Notes: a model not told the origin generated them from the sequence alone. A DNA stretch of 50,699 nt from Elusimicrobiota bacterium (GCA_051745145.1 JBNJDT010000011.1:1-50699); one strand, 5' to 3'; shown: positions 30,978-39,589, counted from the first letter of the stretch. Numbers and translations: made by a program.

Positions 30978-31199
30978 ATGTGTCTTGCAGTACCGGTTAA
31001 AGTTGTAGATATTGATCGTAAAAAAAATAAAGCTACAGGTAAAGTTTCAGGCGTTGAAAGGGAGATAGATCTTGGTTTTTTAGATGATATTGAAAATGGG
31101 GACTATGTTCTTTTACACGCCGGTTTTGCTATACAAAAAGTAAATGAAAAAGAAGCTAAAAAATCTTTGGAGGCCTGGGAGGAACTTGAGAATATTTAA
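30978..31199 (+). CDS. hypC: Hydrogenase chaperone HypC
   Basis: MCLAVP, GDYVLLHAGFAI. Confidence 0.97.
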   Translation: MCLAVPVKVVDIDRKKNKATGKVSGVEREIDLGFLDDIENGDYVLLHAGFAIQKVNEKEAKKSLEAWEELENI

Positions 31200-32278
31200 T
31201 GACTAAATATAAAGACGAGTATTATAATAAAAATATTATAAGTTCCCAGCTCAACCGCATCCGTAAAATTGTTGAAGATATGGACCGGGACCATGTTAAG
31301 ATTATGGAAGTTTGTGGTACACATACTATGAATATTGGCCGTTCGGGCTTGAGAGAACGATTGCCGGAAAATCTAACGTTGCTGTCCGGTCCGGGATGTC
31401 CGGTATGCGTTACACCCGATGAATATATAACCCGGTCCGTTAAGCTGGCCGGGATGAAAGACGTACTTGTAACTACCTTCGGTGATATGTTAAAGGTTCC
31501 CGACGGACGGGGCCGGAGTCTGTCTCAATTTTCGTCTGGAAAAGTAGTCACAGTTTATTCCCCCCTGGATGCTCTTGAATTAGCAGGGCGGACAGATAGG
31601 GAAGTGGTATTCCTGGGAGTGGGATTTGAAACGACGTCCCCGGCAGTGGCCCGGGTAATAAAAAAAGCAGAAGCAGAAGATATTTCTAATTTTTCTGTTC
31701 TCTCTTCTCATAAAGTTATTCCCCCGGCTTTGAAAGTGCTGGCTGAATCTCCAGATAACCGGATTGACGGATTTTTGTTGCCCGGTCATGTTTCAGTTAC
31801 GATTGGAAGAGAAGGGTATAAAGGTCTTTCTATTCGAGGGGTTATTACCGGGTTTGAACCGGCGGATATACTTGCCGGTATAATAATTTTGCTTGAGAAT
31901 ATGACCGGCAGCGATGAATTTGTAAAAAATAGTTATACCCGGGCCGTAACTGAAGAAGGCAATAAAAATATGCAAAAAATTTTAAAAGAAGTATTTGAAA
32001 TTAAAAATTCTAAATGGCGGGGACTGGGAGAAATCCCAAAAAGTGGCTATGAAATAAGGGACAGTTTTATAAAATACGACGCTGCTGAAAAATTCGATAT
32101 AACTATTTCATCAAAGGAGAAAAAAACAGAGTGCATATGTGGCGAAATATTAAAAGGGTTAAAGACTCCGTTTGACTGTAAACTTTTTGACGGTAGGTGT
32201 AATCCCGAAAATCCTGTAGGACCGTGTATGGTCTCATCGGAGGGTGCATGCAGTGCATATTACAGGTATGAAAGATAA
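31199..32278 (+). CDS. hypD: Hydrogenase formation protein HypD
   Basis: MEVCGTHT, GPGCPVC, GFETT, PGHVS, GPCMVSSEGAC. Confidence 0.97.
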   Translation: MTKYKDEYYNKNIISSQLNRIRKIVEDMDRDHVKIMEVCGTHTMNIGRSGLRERLPENLTLLSGPGCPVCVTPDEYITRSVKLAGMKDVLVTTFGDMLKVPDGRGRSLSQFSSGKVVTVYSPLDALELAGRTDREVVFLGVGFETTSPAVARVIKKAEAEDISNFSVLSSHKVIPPALKVLAESPDNRIDGFLLPGHVSVTIGREGYKGLSIRGVITGFEPADILAGIIILLENMTGSDEFVKNSYTRAVTEEGNKNMQKILKEVFEIKNSKWRGLGEIPKSGYEIRDSFIKYDAAEKFDITISSKEKKTECICGEILKGLKTPFDCKLFDGRCNPENPVGPCMVSSEGACSAYYRYER

Positions 32279-33269
32279 ATTTATAACTAAAAAACACGGC
32301 TACGGCGGGAAAAAAAGCAGATCTCTGGTAGAGGAATATATATTGCCGGAAGTAGATAATATATATGCCGATAAAATGGACGATTCGGCTGAACTGAGTC
32401 TGGATAGCAAAAATATTGTATTTTCAACTGATAGTTACGTGGTAAAACCTTACTCTTTTTCCGGAGGGAATATCGGGAAACTGGCCGTGAGCGGAACAAT
32501 AAATGATATAGTTGCCCAGGGGGGAGTTCCTAAGTATTTATCCGCTGCAATTATAGTTGAAGAAGGTTTTTTAATAGAAGATTTTCAAGAAATAGTAAAG
32601 TCTGCGGCGACGGAGGCTAAAAAGAACAGCACGGAAATTGTCTGTGGCGATATGAAAGTTGTGGAAAAAGGGGCAGCTGACGGCATATATATTAATACGT
32701 CGGGAATTGGAGAACAGGTTGACGGGATATTTGTCAAGAAACCTAAAATAGGGGATTTAATTGTAGTCACCGGACCGATCGGGGAACATGGGGCCACTGT
32801 TTTCCAGGAACGTAATAAAATTTTAACATCCACTGAAAATATAAGAAGTGATTGCAGGGGTTTAGGGGAATTGTCCAAAATAGTAAAAGATTTTTCTGAA
32901 GATATAAAATTTATGAGAGATCCCACCCGCGGGGGCCTGGCCGGAGTACTTCTTGAATTTGCCGGCAATTTTAAAAGACAGGTTAATGTGGAGGCGGCAA
33001 AAACACCGGTAAAAAATTGGGTTAAGGGATTTTCTTATATTACGGGAATAGATTATTTTTACCTGGCCTGTGAGGGAAGAATGGTACTGGTAATAAATAA
33101 GAAAACAGGCAATAAATTCGTAGAAGCCTTAAAGAAAAATAATTTTCATAGTGCAGCTGTTATCGGTAAAATTACAGATAGTAAAACCGGGGTTACCTTA
33201 AATACAAAATCCGGAGGCCGGCGCATCTTAAATTTTAGGGATATAGCGCAGATTCCCCGGATTTGCTGA
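32268..33269 (+). CDS. hypE: Carbamoyl dehydratase HypE
   Basis: HGYGG, TDSYVV, GTINDI, RDPTRGG, C-terminal PRIC; ATG at 32268. Confidence 0.97.
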   Translation: MKDKFITKKHGYGGKKSRSLVEEYILPEVDNIYADKMDDSAELSLDSKNIVFSTDSYVVKPYSFSGGNIGKLAVSGTINDIVAQGGVPKYLSAAIIVEEGFLIEDFQEIVKSAATEAKKNSTEIVCGDMKVVEKGAADGIYINTSGIGEQVDGIFVKKPKIGDLIVVTGPIGEHGATVFQERNKILTSTENIRSDCRGLGELSKIVKDFSEDIKFMRDPTRGGLAGVLLEFAGNFKRQVNVEAAKTPVKNWVKGFSYITGIDYFYLACEGRMVLVINKKTGNKFVEALKKNNFHSAAVIGKITDSKTGVTLNTKSGGRRILNFRDIAQIPRIC

Positions 33270-33289
33270 GTAATAAAAAGTTTAAAAAC

Positions 33290-33317
33290 TTGACTTATCC
33301 GGTGAGTAACTTATAAT
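33290..33317 (+). promoter_or_regulatory. Orphan sigma70-like promoter downstream of hypE
   Basis: TTGACT (33290-33295), 16 bp spacer, TATAAT (33312-33317). Confidence 0.45.
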
Positions 33318-33337
33318 CAGATAAAAGAATTAAGATT

Positions 33338-33375
33338 AAAGGGGCAGCCTTTCTCACGAGGTTGCCTCTTTTTTT
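33338..33375 (+). terminator. Intrinsic terminator (possibly bidirectional) between hypE and mazG
   Basis: Stem GGGGCAGCCT / AGGTTGCCTC with two G-U pairs, followed by a T run and preceded by an A run. Confidence 0.8.
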
Positions 33376-33781
33376 ATTTTTCAGCGGAAGAATTTTTCTC
33401 TTTTTTCTTTATTTTTTCCCAGTTCTCTTTTATCTGGGCAATCGAAGATACCTGAACATCGGAAAAAACATGGGGGTGACGTCTTATTATCTTTTCTTGT
33501 ATGGCGCTTAATACTGTATTTATACTAAAATCTTTCTTTTCTTTTGCGATTTGAGAGTAAAAAATTATTAGATAGAGCAGGTCCCCGAGTTCTTCTTCTA
33601 AATTAGCAATGTCATTTTTCAGGGCTGCTTCTTTAACTTCCTGAGTTTCTTCTTCAAGATGGGGTATTAGAGACTTATAAGTCTGTTTTTTATCCCACAT
33701 GCAGCCATTTTCTCCTCTTAGCTTTTTACAGAGTTCTAATAGGGTATTGAATAATTCTGTAGTATTCTGTTCTTTTTTCAT
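33374..33781 (-). CDS. mazG: Single-domain MazG nucleotide pyrophosphohydrolase
   Basis: LRGENGCMWDKKQT, EEETQE, EEELGDLL, IRRHPHVF. Confidence 0.92.
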   Translation of the reverse strand: MKKEQNTTELFNTLLELCKKLRGENGCMWDKKQTYKSLIPHLEEETQEVKEAALKNDIANLEEELGDLLYLIIFYSQIAKEKKDFSINTVLSAIQEKIIRRHPHVFSDVQVSSIAQIKENWEKIKKKEKNSSAEK

Positions 33782-33802
33782 AATTAATAAGTAGCAGAAA
33801 TG

Positions 33803-33830
33803 TTGACAAAAATCAAATAATTACTATTAT
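33803..33830 (+). promoter_or_regulatory. Promoter for tRNA-fMet
   Basis: TTGACA (33803-33808), 16 bp spacer, TATTAT (33825-33830). Confidence 0.55.
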
Positions 33831-33840
33831 TTCTATAAGA

Positions 33841-33917
<77 letters not shown>

Positions 33918-33931
33918 ATTTTATATTTTTT

Positions 33932-33970
33932 AAATTCCGGTTTACCTTATGATTGGGGCCGGAATTTTTT
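33932..33970 (+). terminator. Terminator-like hairpin after tRNA-fMet
   Basis: AAATTCCGG ... CCGGAATTT followed by T run. Confidence 0.65.
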
Positions 33971-33999
33971 AGTTTACAGCGGGGTATAATTTTTTAGAT

Positions 34000-34449
34000 A
34001 TGAATGAAGAAATTTCAGATTATTTTAAAAATCACCGTCTGGGCCAAATTTTAAAGTCCCTGGATTTAATAGATAATGAAAAGTTAGAGGAAGTACTTGA
34101 TAAATACCGGCGGTCTAATTTGAGATTAGGGGAGATACTTACCCACATGGGGTATGTTGATAAAGAGGTAGTATTATCTCTGGTCGGGAAAAAACTGGGT
34201 ACTCCGTATATAAGACTTTCCGAGTATGAGGATATCGACCACCGGTTACTGGTATTGATCCCCGAAGAAATAGCCAGAAAAAACGAACTCATTCCTTTTC
34301 AGAAAAAGAATAATAAGCTTAAAATAGCTATGGTTGAACCCCAGAATGAAAAAGTTAAGAATTCCATAGAAGTTCTTACCGGCTATGAAGTACAGGCCCA
34401 TATAGCCACAAAAGAAGAGATTGATAAAGCTATAGAAAAAAACTACTAA
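34000..34449 (+). CDS. Stand-alone MshEN / GspE N-terminal domain protein (candidate c-di-GMP receptor)
   Basis: Tandem RLGQIL...LEEVL and RLGEIL..MGYV motifs, then IPEEIARKNELIPF, IAMVEP; no ATPase domain. Confidence 0.85.
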   Translation: MNEEISDYFKNHRLGQILKSLDLIDNEKLEEVLDKYRRSNLRLGEILTHMGYVDKEVVLSLVGKKLGTPYIRLSEYEDIDHRLLVLIPEEIARKNELIPFQKKNNKLKIAMVEPQNEKVKNSIEVLTGYEVQAHIATKEEIDKAIEKNY

Positions 34450-35444
34450 ATCTCTTTTTTAGTTTTTTTCTTAAGCTGAAGAAAGGACATATGCTCCCGT
34501 CCCAAAAAGAGTAATCCGGTTATGTTAATGACGGAAAATTGTATGAAATGGGCCAGGAGTATAAAACCTACCGCAGCGCTTTCACCGACCCCCAGCACCC
34601 CTGCGGCCAGTTTCCCGAAATACTCATATACTCCGATAAACCCGGGGGAAGACGGTATTGATATTCCCATTGAAACAATAGCCATTATGAAAATACCGCC
34701 TGTATAAGTTACGCCGTTTATATCCATGCTTTTAGCGGCAAGAAAAAATACGGAAGAATTTAACAGCCATATAAGGATAGATAAAAGAATGGTTCTAAAA
34801 AGATATTGGGTCTGTTTTAAAATTTCAAGACCATCCATAAAAGAATGAAACATGCCGGTTGCTTTTTTTTCAAACTTTTCGGGAAGTAATTTAAATATTT
34901 TATTTAAGATGGAAAGCACAAAATTTTTATTGTAAAGAAGTCCGTACAGCAGCATGACTGTAAAAATAAGCAAGACAGAAAATATTATTAATACTTTTTT
35001 TATTCTGTCCGGATATTTATAAAGAAATATTGTAGAAACAGCTAATAATATTATTGAAAAAATATCCAGCAGCCGTTCAACGGCGAGAGTGGCCGCCGCC
35101 CCGGTTTTGGGAATATTTTCTTTTTCACCTACAAAAATAATTCTTATTACTTCTCCGGCTCTCATGGGTAAAGTATTATTAGCTAAAAAACTTATATAGA
35201 CAATACTCATAAGATTAATAAACTTGCATTTTTTTATGGGAGAAAGTAAGAGTTTCCAGCGTAAAGTTCTTAAAGTAAAGTCTCCAAAAGTGGCAATTAC
35301 GGCCAGTATAATAAGATAAACATTGGCGCTTTTCAAGAGGGACCAGGTTTTATTAAAATCTACTTTTCTAAAAGCCAGATAGAGAAATACAATACTGATA
35401 GGTATCCCTATAATAATACCGATCTGGCGTTTATTAAGTTTCAT
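34446..35444 (-). CDS. UPF0104 / lysylphosphatidylglycerol synthase TM-domain (flippase-like) protein
   Basis: LRWKLLL, NNTLPMRAGE, ERLLD, PSSPGFIGVYE, multiple TM segments. Confidence 0.88.
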   Translation of the reverse strand: MKLNKRQIGIIIGIPISIVFLYLAFRKVDFNKTWSLLKSANVYLIILAVIATFGDFTLRTLRWKLLLSPIKKCKFINLMSIVYISFLANNTLPMRAGEVIRIIFVGEKENIPKTGAAATLAVERLLDIFSIILLAVSTIFLYKYPDRIKKVLIIFSVLLIFTVMLLYGLLYNKNFVLSILNKIFKLLPEKFEKKATGMFHSFMDGLEILKQTQYLFRTILLSILIWLLNSSVFFLAAKSMDINGVTYTGGIFIMAIVSMGISIPSSPGFIGVYEYFGKLAAGVLGVGESAAVGFILLAHFIQFSVINITGLLFLGREHMSFLQLKKKTKKEI

Positions 35445-35445
35445 T

Positions 35446-36582
35446 TTATTCTGGAATAATTTTTTGGAAGGCTTTATAAACTTCCGGAGAAAATTTTTCT
35501 CTTTGCACTTTATTCTTATCTTTAAGGAGAAGATAGAGTTCCAGTATGGAAATAATTTCCATATCCGGAGTTATAGTTTGAGTAGAAATATTTTCGGGAA
35601 ATCCGGTGCCGTCTATATATCTGTGGTGAGCAAGTATGTAGGGCTTTAAATCCTGTATTAAATGTATGGTTTTTACCATTTCAGCTCCTATAACCGGATG
35701 AAGGCGGAATTTGGCATTGCTGTTTAATTGAGTATTTATATTAATACCAACCAGCTCGGTATTTTCCAGGCCCAAAAAACCGATATCGTGAAGAAGGGCA
35801 GCGGAGTGAAGATTATTTATCTTTTTTTCAGAGAGTCCCAGTTCATCCCCGAACCGGTTTACATATCTGGCCATTTCCCATGAATGCCCCTTTTCGGTAT
35901 CTTCAGGATGCCCCAGGGCTTCAATTCCCATTACTAAAAAGTCCTGCATATTGGAGAAAAAATTTTTCTGTTCAGTTAAAAGTTTTGTGTTATCTATGGT
36001 CGCCGCCGCCAGACCGGCAAATCCGATAAGGGTTTCTTTATCAGACTGGTTAAATTTTCCGCTCTTTTTATTTATAGCTTCCACTATACCCAGTAATTTA
36101 TCTCTGTATATAAGAGGGGCGCCAACTATTGATTCAGTGCGGTAGCCGGTTTTCTTATCTGTTTCCGGAGAAAACCGTTCGTCCTGATAAGGTTCATTTA
36201 CAATAACGGGTTCCCTGTTTTTAGCTATCCAGCCGGCAATCCCTTTGCCCAGCGGGATTTTCAGCTTTTTTAAAATACTTTCGCCACTGGCTGTTTTAAA
36301 ATAGAGGTCTTTGCCATTATCATCCAGCAGCATTATAGATGACCGGTCGGCTTCTAAAATATCTTCTACTGCGGTACTTATCTTTTTAAGCAGCTGATCA
36401 ATATTATCTGATTTACTTAAACTTGTGACAATATCGAAAAATTGCAGCTTTTGCTTTTTATTTTGCTCAACTGCCAGAGAAGATTCTTTTCTGCTGAGAT
36501 CTGGTAAAAGAGGTTTTCCGCATCTGGGACAGAATTTATAATCTGACAGTATTACTTTATCGCATTCCGGACAGGTAGACAT
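35446..36582 (-). CDS. Zinc-ribbon + GAF + HD-GYP-like (degenerate) protein
   Basis: CPEC..CPRC; GAF (GKGIAGW, PYQDERFSPETDKKTGYRTES, EAINK..GKF); LLHDIG, HPVIG, HHRYIDGTGFP. Confidence 0.85.
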   Translation of the reverse strand: MSTCPECDKVILSDYKFCPRCGKPLLPDLSRKESSLAVEQNKKQKLQFFDIVTSLSKSDNIDQLLKKISTAVEDILEADRSSIMLLDDNGKDLYFKTASGESILKKLKIPLGKGIAGWIAKNREPVIVNEPYQDERFSPETDKKTGYRTESIVGAPLIYRDKLLGIVEAINKKSGKFNQSDKETLIGFAGLAAATIDNTKLLTEQKNFFSNMQDFLVMGIEALGHPEDTEKGHSWEMARYVNRFGDELGLSEKKINNLHSAALLHDIGFLGLENTELVGININTQLNSNAKFRLHPVIGAEMVKTIHLIQDLKPYILAHHRYIDGTGFPENISTQTITPDMEIISILELYLLLKDKNKVQREKFSPEVYKAFQKIIPE

Positions 36583-38339
36583 TACTGGCTCACCCTCAGT
36601 ATTTCTTCATAAGTAGTTTTTCCGCGGGCAACTTTTATCAATCCATCTACCCAGAGCGGCTTCATCCCTTTTTTTATGGCCATTTTTCGGAGAGGTCCGG
36701 CAGCAATATCAGTCATTAAAAGCTCCCTTATTTCTTCGTCAAGTAAGAGAAGCTCATGGATTCCAGTTCTTCCTTTATAACCCGAGCCTCCGCATTCTTT
36801 ACATCCCTTGCCGGTATAGATTGTTGCTTTATCTTTATCTATACCGTATTTTTCAAATTCTTCAATTAATTTTGGGGAAATTTTATCTTTCTTTTGTCGG
36901 CAATCTGGGCAAATAGTTCTTACTAATCGCTGGGCGAGTACCGCTTCAATAGTAGAAGAGATCAAGTAAGTGGGGACCTGCATCTCGGATAACCTGGCCA
37001 CCGCTGTTGGAGCGTCGTTAGTGTGTATAGTGGACAAGACCAGATGACCGGTCATGGCCGCCTCCATTGCTGTTTTAGCTGTTTCCCGGTCTCTTATTTC
37101 TCCAACCATTATAATATCGGGATCCTGCCTCAGGAAAGCCCGCATGGTAGCGGCAAAAGTAAGTCCGACTTCCGGATTAATACTTGTCTGGATAATTTCA
37201 TCCAGATCGTATTCTACGGGATTTTCTGCAGTTAAGATTTTTTTAGGTGAAACGTTATAATCTTCACCGGTGTCATTGATCTTGGATTTTTGGAGTATAT
37301 AATTTAAAGCAGAATACAAGGTCGTAGATTTACCGCTTCCCGTTGGTCCGCATACTAATATTATCCCGTAGGGTTTGGCCAGGACTTCTTTAAGATTATC
37401 CAGAACTTCTTTGCGAAACCCCAGTTTGGGCAGATCAACTTTAATGCTTGTTCTGTCTAAAACTCTCATTACGCAACTTTCTCCGTAAGCAGTGGGTATT
37501 GTATTAACCCTGAACTCTATAGGGTTGTCTTTATAGACTATTTGAATGCGACCGTCCTGTGGTTTTCTTTTTTCGGTAATATCCATAGAATTAGTCATTA
37601 TTTTTATCCTGGCCAGTATAGCATTAGTTAAAGTTTTTGATACTTTAAAACTGGAATCCTGCAGCTGACCGTCAATACGGTAGCGTATCTGCAGGCGGTT
37701 TTCAAAAGGTTCTATATGCATATCAGAGGCCCCTTTATTTAGAGCTTCAAGAATAATACCGTTAGTAACTTTCCGGGCTTTCTTTTCATCGTCTACAGTA
37801 GTAGAATCCATACTTATTTCTTCCCTGTCTTTTCCGGCTTCTTTAAAGGTCTGCTCCTCTCCGGATTCTTTAGTCACTTCTGATATGTAATCGGATAGCT
37901 TGGAATCCTGAGTAAATACTTCGCTTAACCCTTTGTATATATCGGAGGGAAGGGCAAGATAGGGCTTTATATCGTATTCAGTTCTCAAGTGCAGGTCTTC
38001 AATAGCAGTTATATCCCAGGGCCGGGCCATAGCGGTGTAAAGATATTTATCAGATTTGGCAAAGGGGAGTATCAGATATCTTCTGGCTGTCGGTTCAGGC
38101 ACCAATCTGGCCGCATCCATATCAATTTCGATAGAATCAAAATCAACGGCTTTTACGTTCCAGTTATTGCTTAGGGTTTTTAAAAATTGCTGTTTTGTTA
38201 TGACCCCCGATTCTATAATTAATTGTTCCAATGGTTTATTAAGGTTCTCCGAGCGCAGTTCCAATTCATTTAATTTATCTTCAGAAATAAGGTTTTTATC
38301 AACGAGGACTTTTTTTAAGGTTGATATGCGTTTAACCAT
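36582..38339 (-). CDS. GspE/PilB-family secretion/pilus assembly ATPase
   Basis: ASDMHIEP, RKPQDG, Walker A GPTGSGKST, AENPVEY, LRQDPDIIMVGEIRD, TGHLVLSTIH, CPDC/CKEC, GYKGRTGIHE. Confidence 0.95.
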   Translation of the reverse strand: MVKRISTLKKVLVDKNLISEDKLNELELRSENLNKPLEQLIIESGVITKQQFLKTLSNNWNVKAVDFDSIEIDMDAARLVPEPTARRYLILPFAKSDKYLYTAMARPWDITAIEDLHLRTEYDIKPYLALPSDIYKGLSEVFTQDSKLSDYISEVTKESGEEQTFKEAGKDREEISMDSTTVDDEKKARKVTNGIILEALNKGASDMHIEPFENRLQIRYRIDGQLQDSSFKVSKTLTNAILARIKIMTNSMDITEKRKPQDGRIQIVYKDNPIEFRVNTIPTAYGESCVMRVLDRTSIKVDLPKLGFRKEVLDNLKEVLAKPYGIILVCGPTGSGKSTTLYSALNYILQKSKINDTGEDYNVSPKKILTAENPVEYDLDEIIQTSINPEVGLTFAATMRAFLRQDPDIIMVGEIRDRETAKTAMEAAMTGHLVLSTIHTNDAPTAVARLSEMQVPTYLISSTIEAVLAQRLVRTICPDCRQKKDKISPKLIEEFEKYGIDKDKATIYTGKGCKECGGSGYKGRTGIHELLLLDEEIRELLMTDIAAGPLRKMAIKKGMKPLWVDGLIKVARGKTTYEEILRVSQ

Positions 38340-38489
38340 TAATCAGTATATATAATTTTCATTATTTAATTGTATATAATTCATATTTAAAGTTATTTAG
38401 AAAGTTAATATCTGCAACCGGTTATATTTTATTTTTTATTAAACTGTTTTTCAGCACTGATTCCGGGATAATATAAAATTCTGTATATA

Positions 38490-38577
38490 TGGTGCCGGGA
38501 GGGGGATTTGAACCCCCACGAGCCTTCAGCCCGACGGATTTTGAATCCGTTGCGTCTGCCAGTTCCGCCATCCCGGC
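38490..38577 (-). tRNA. tRNA-Leu (anticodon CAA)
   Basis: Reverse complement reads GCCGGGATGGCGGAACTGGCAGACGCA-ACGGA TT CAA AA TCCGT, long variable arm, GGTTCAAATCC, CCA. Confidence 0.96.
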
Positions 38578-38589
38578 TTTTAATTTGTA

Positions 38590-38618
38590 ATTATACATTT
38601 TTATTATTTATATTTCAA
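38590..38618 (-). promoter_or_regulatory. Promoter for tRNA-Leu(CAA)
   Basis: Minus strand TTGAAA, 17 bp spacer, TATAAT. Confidence 0.55.
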
Positions 38619-38657
38619 AATATTACAGTTTGCTGTAAACCAGTGTAAACTTTAAAA

Positions 38658-39506
38658 TCAATTGTCAGATATTTCTTCGGCAAAGTCCAAAACAGCTGTA
38701 ACGTATGATGAAGCAGTGGTTCCGGAACCTATGTAGCGCATGATAGCTGTTTTTTTATCTTGATTGAAACCGCCTTCTTTTAATCGCCAGGCAAAAAAAG
38801 CTATGGCATCGGAAATTGTATAGGGATTGAATTTACCGTTTTCATCCAGGTCCAGAGAAGTTACTTTATCTTGCTGGATAATTGTTGTAAACCAGAAAGG
38901 CATAAGCTGGCAGTACCCGGCAGCCCCCATAAAGCTGGATGGGGCGAACGGATCAAGTTCTATCTGTGGGTGTTCTATAGCCTGAAGAAGACCGTTAACA
39001 TTGCTAACCACAAAAGATCTGGGAGAGGAATTATTTTGATAAACCGATATAAGAGAATTAAAGATTTTATGAGGAGGATTTAAATTACCCCAGCTGTATT
39101 CCATCCCGGCCATGGCCGTAATTACGTAAATTGCCTCCCGGTTTAAATTAAATCTTTGAACGGCCTTGGTTAAATGATGCTTATTATTTTCAATAAAATT
39201 AGTGGCCGCTTTTTTTCCGGCCGGGGTAAACAGACCGAACTGGGGACTCTTGAAATGATTAACTTCTAATTTCTTATACGTTTTACTTTTTTGTCTAATA
39301 TCATAAATTTGAAAATGGGGGTGGGTAAGTAATTCTTTAAATAACGGACTTTTTATTTCGTTTTTTAAAGAGTTATAAATCTCTTTTTTTTCGCCGGTCA
39401 GGACCTGTTTGGTAGCCCTGCTTTCATTTGCACTTAAGTTATGTGAAGCGCAAGCCGGAGAAAAGAAAATATTTAAAGTTAATATTGATATTACTAATAA
39501 TTTCAT
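38658..39506 (-). CDS. Lytic murein transglycosylase (MltB/SLT_2-like), exported
   Basis: Signal peptide MKLLVISILT..SPAC; AMAGMEYSWG (catalytic Glu), SSFMGAAGYCQLMP, EF-hand-like DLDENGK. Confidence 0.75.
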   Translation of the reverse strand: MKLLVISILTLNIFFSPACASHNLSANESRATKQVLTGEKKEIYNSLKNEIKSPLFKELLTHPHFQIYDIRQKSKTYKKLEVNHFKSPQFGLFTPAGKKAATNFIENNKHHLTKAVQRFNLNREAIYVITAMAGMEYSWGNLNPPHKIFNSLISVYQNNSSPRSFVVSNVNGLLQAIEHPQIELDPFAPSSFMGAAGYCQLMPFWFTTIIQQDKVTSLDLDENGKFNPYTISDAIAFFAWRLKEGGFNQDKKTAIMRYIGSGTTASSYVTAVLDFAEEISDN

Positions 39507-39557
39507 AGTATGCATTATAGTAAATAAATAAGAAAATAAAAACTGAGAAAGTCAAAG

Positions 39558-39585
39558 TTGACATCAAACTTTTAATAATTAAAAT
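39558..39585 (+). promoter_or_regulatory. sigma70 promoter of the tetR-efflux operon
   Basis: TTGACA (39558-39563), 16 bp spacer, TAAAAT (39580-39585). Confidence 0.6.
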
Positions 39586-39589
39586 CAAA

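Noticed and set aside
33918..38489. Genomic islet between inward-pointing tRNA-fMet and tRNA-Leu(CAA)
   Set aside because: No integrase, no duplicated tRNA 3' end seen, and the composition and CCGG signature match the flanks
38623..38650. Short hairpin TTACAG-TTTG-CTGTAA and a TGTAAAC repeat
   Set aside because: Too short and AT-rich to distinguish from chance
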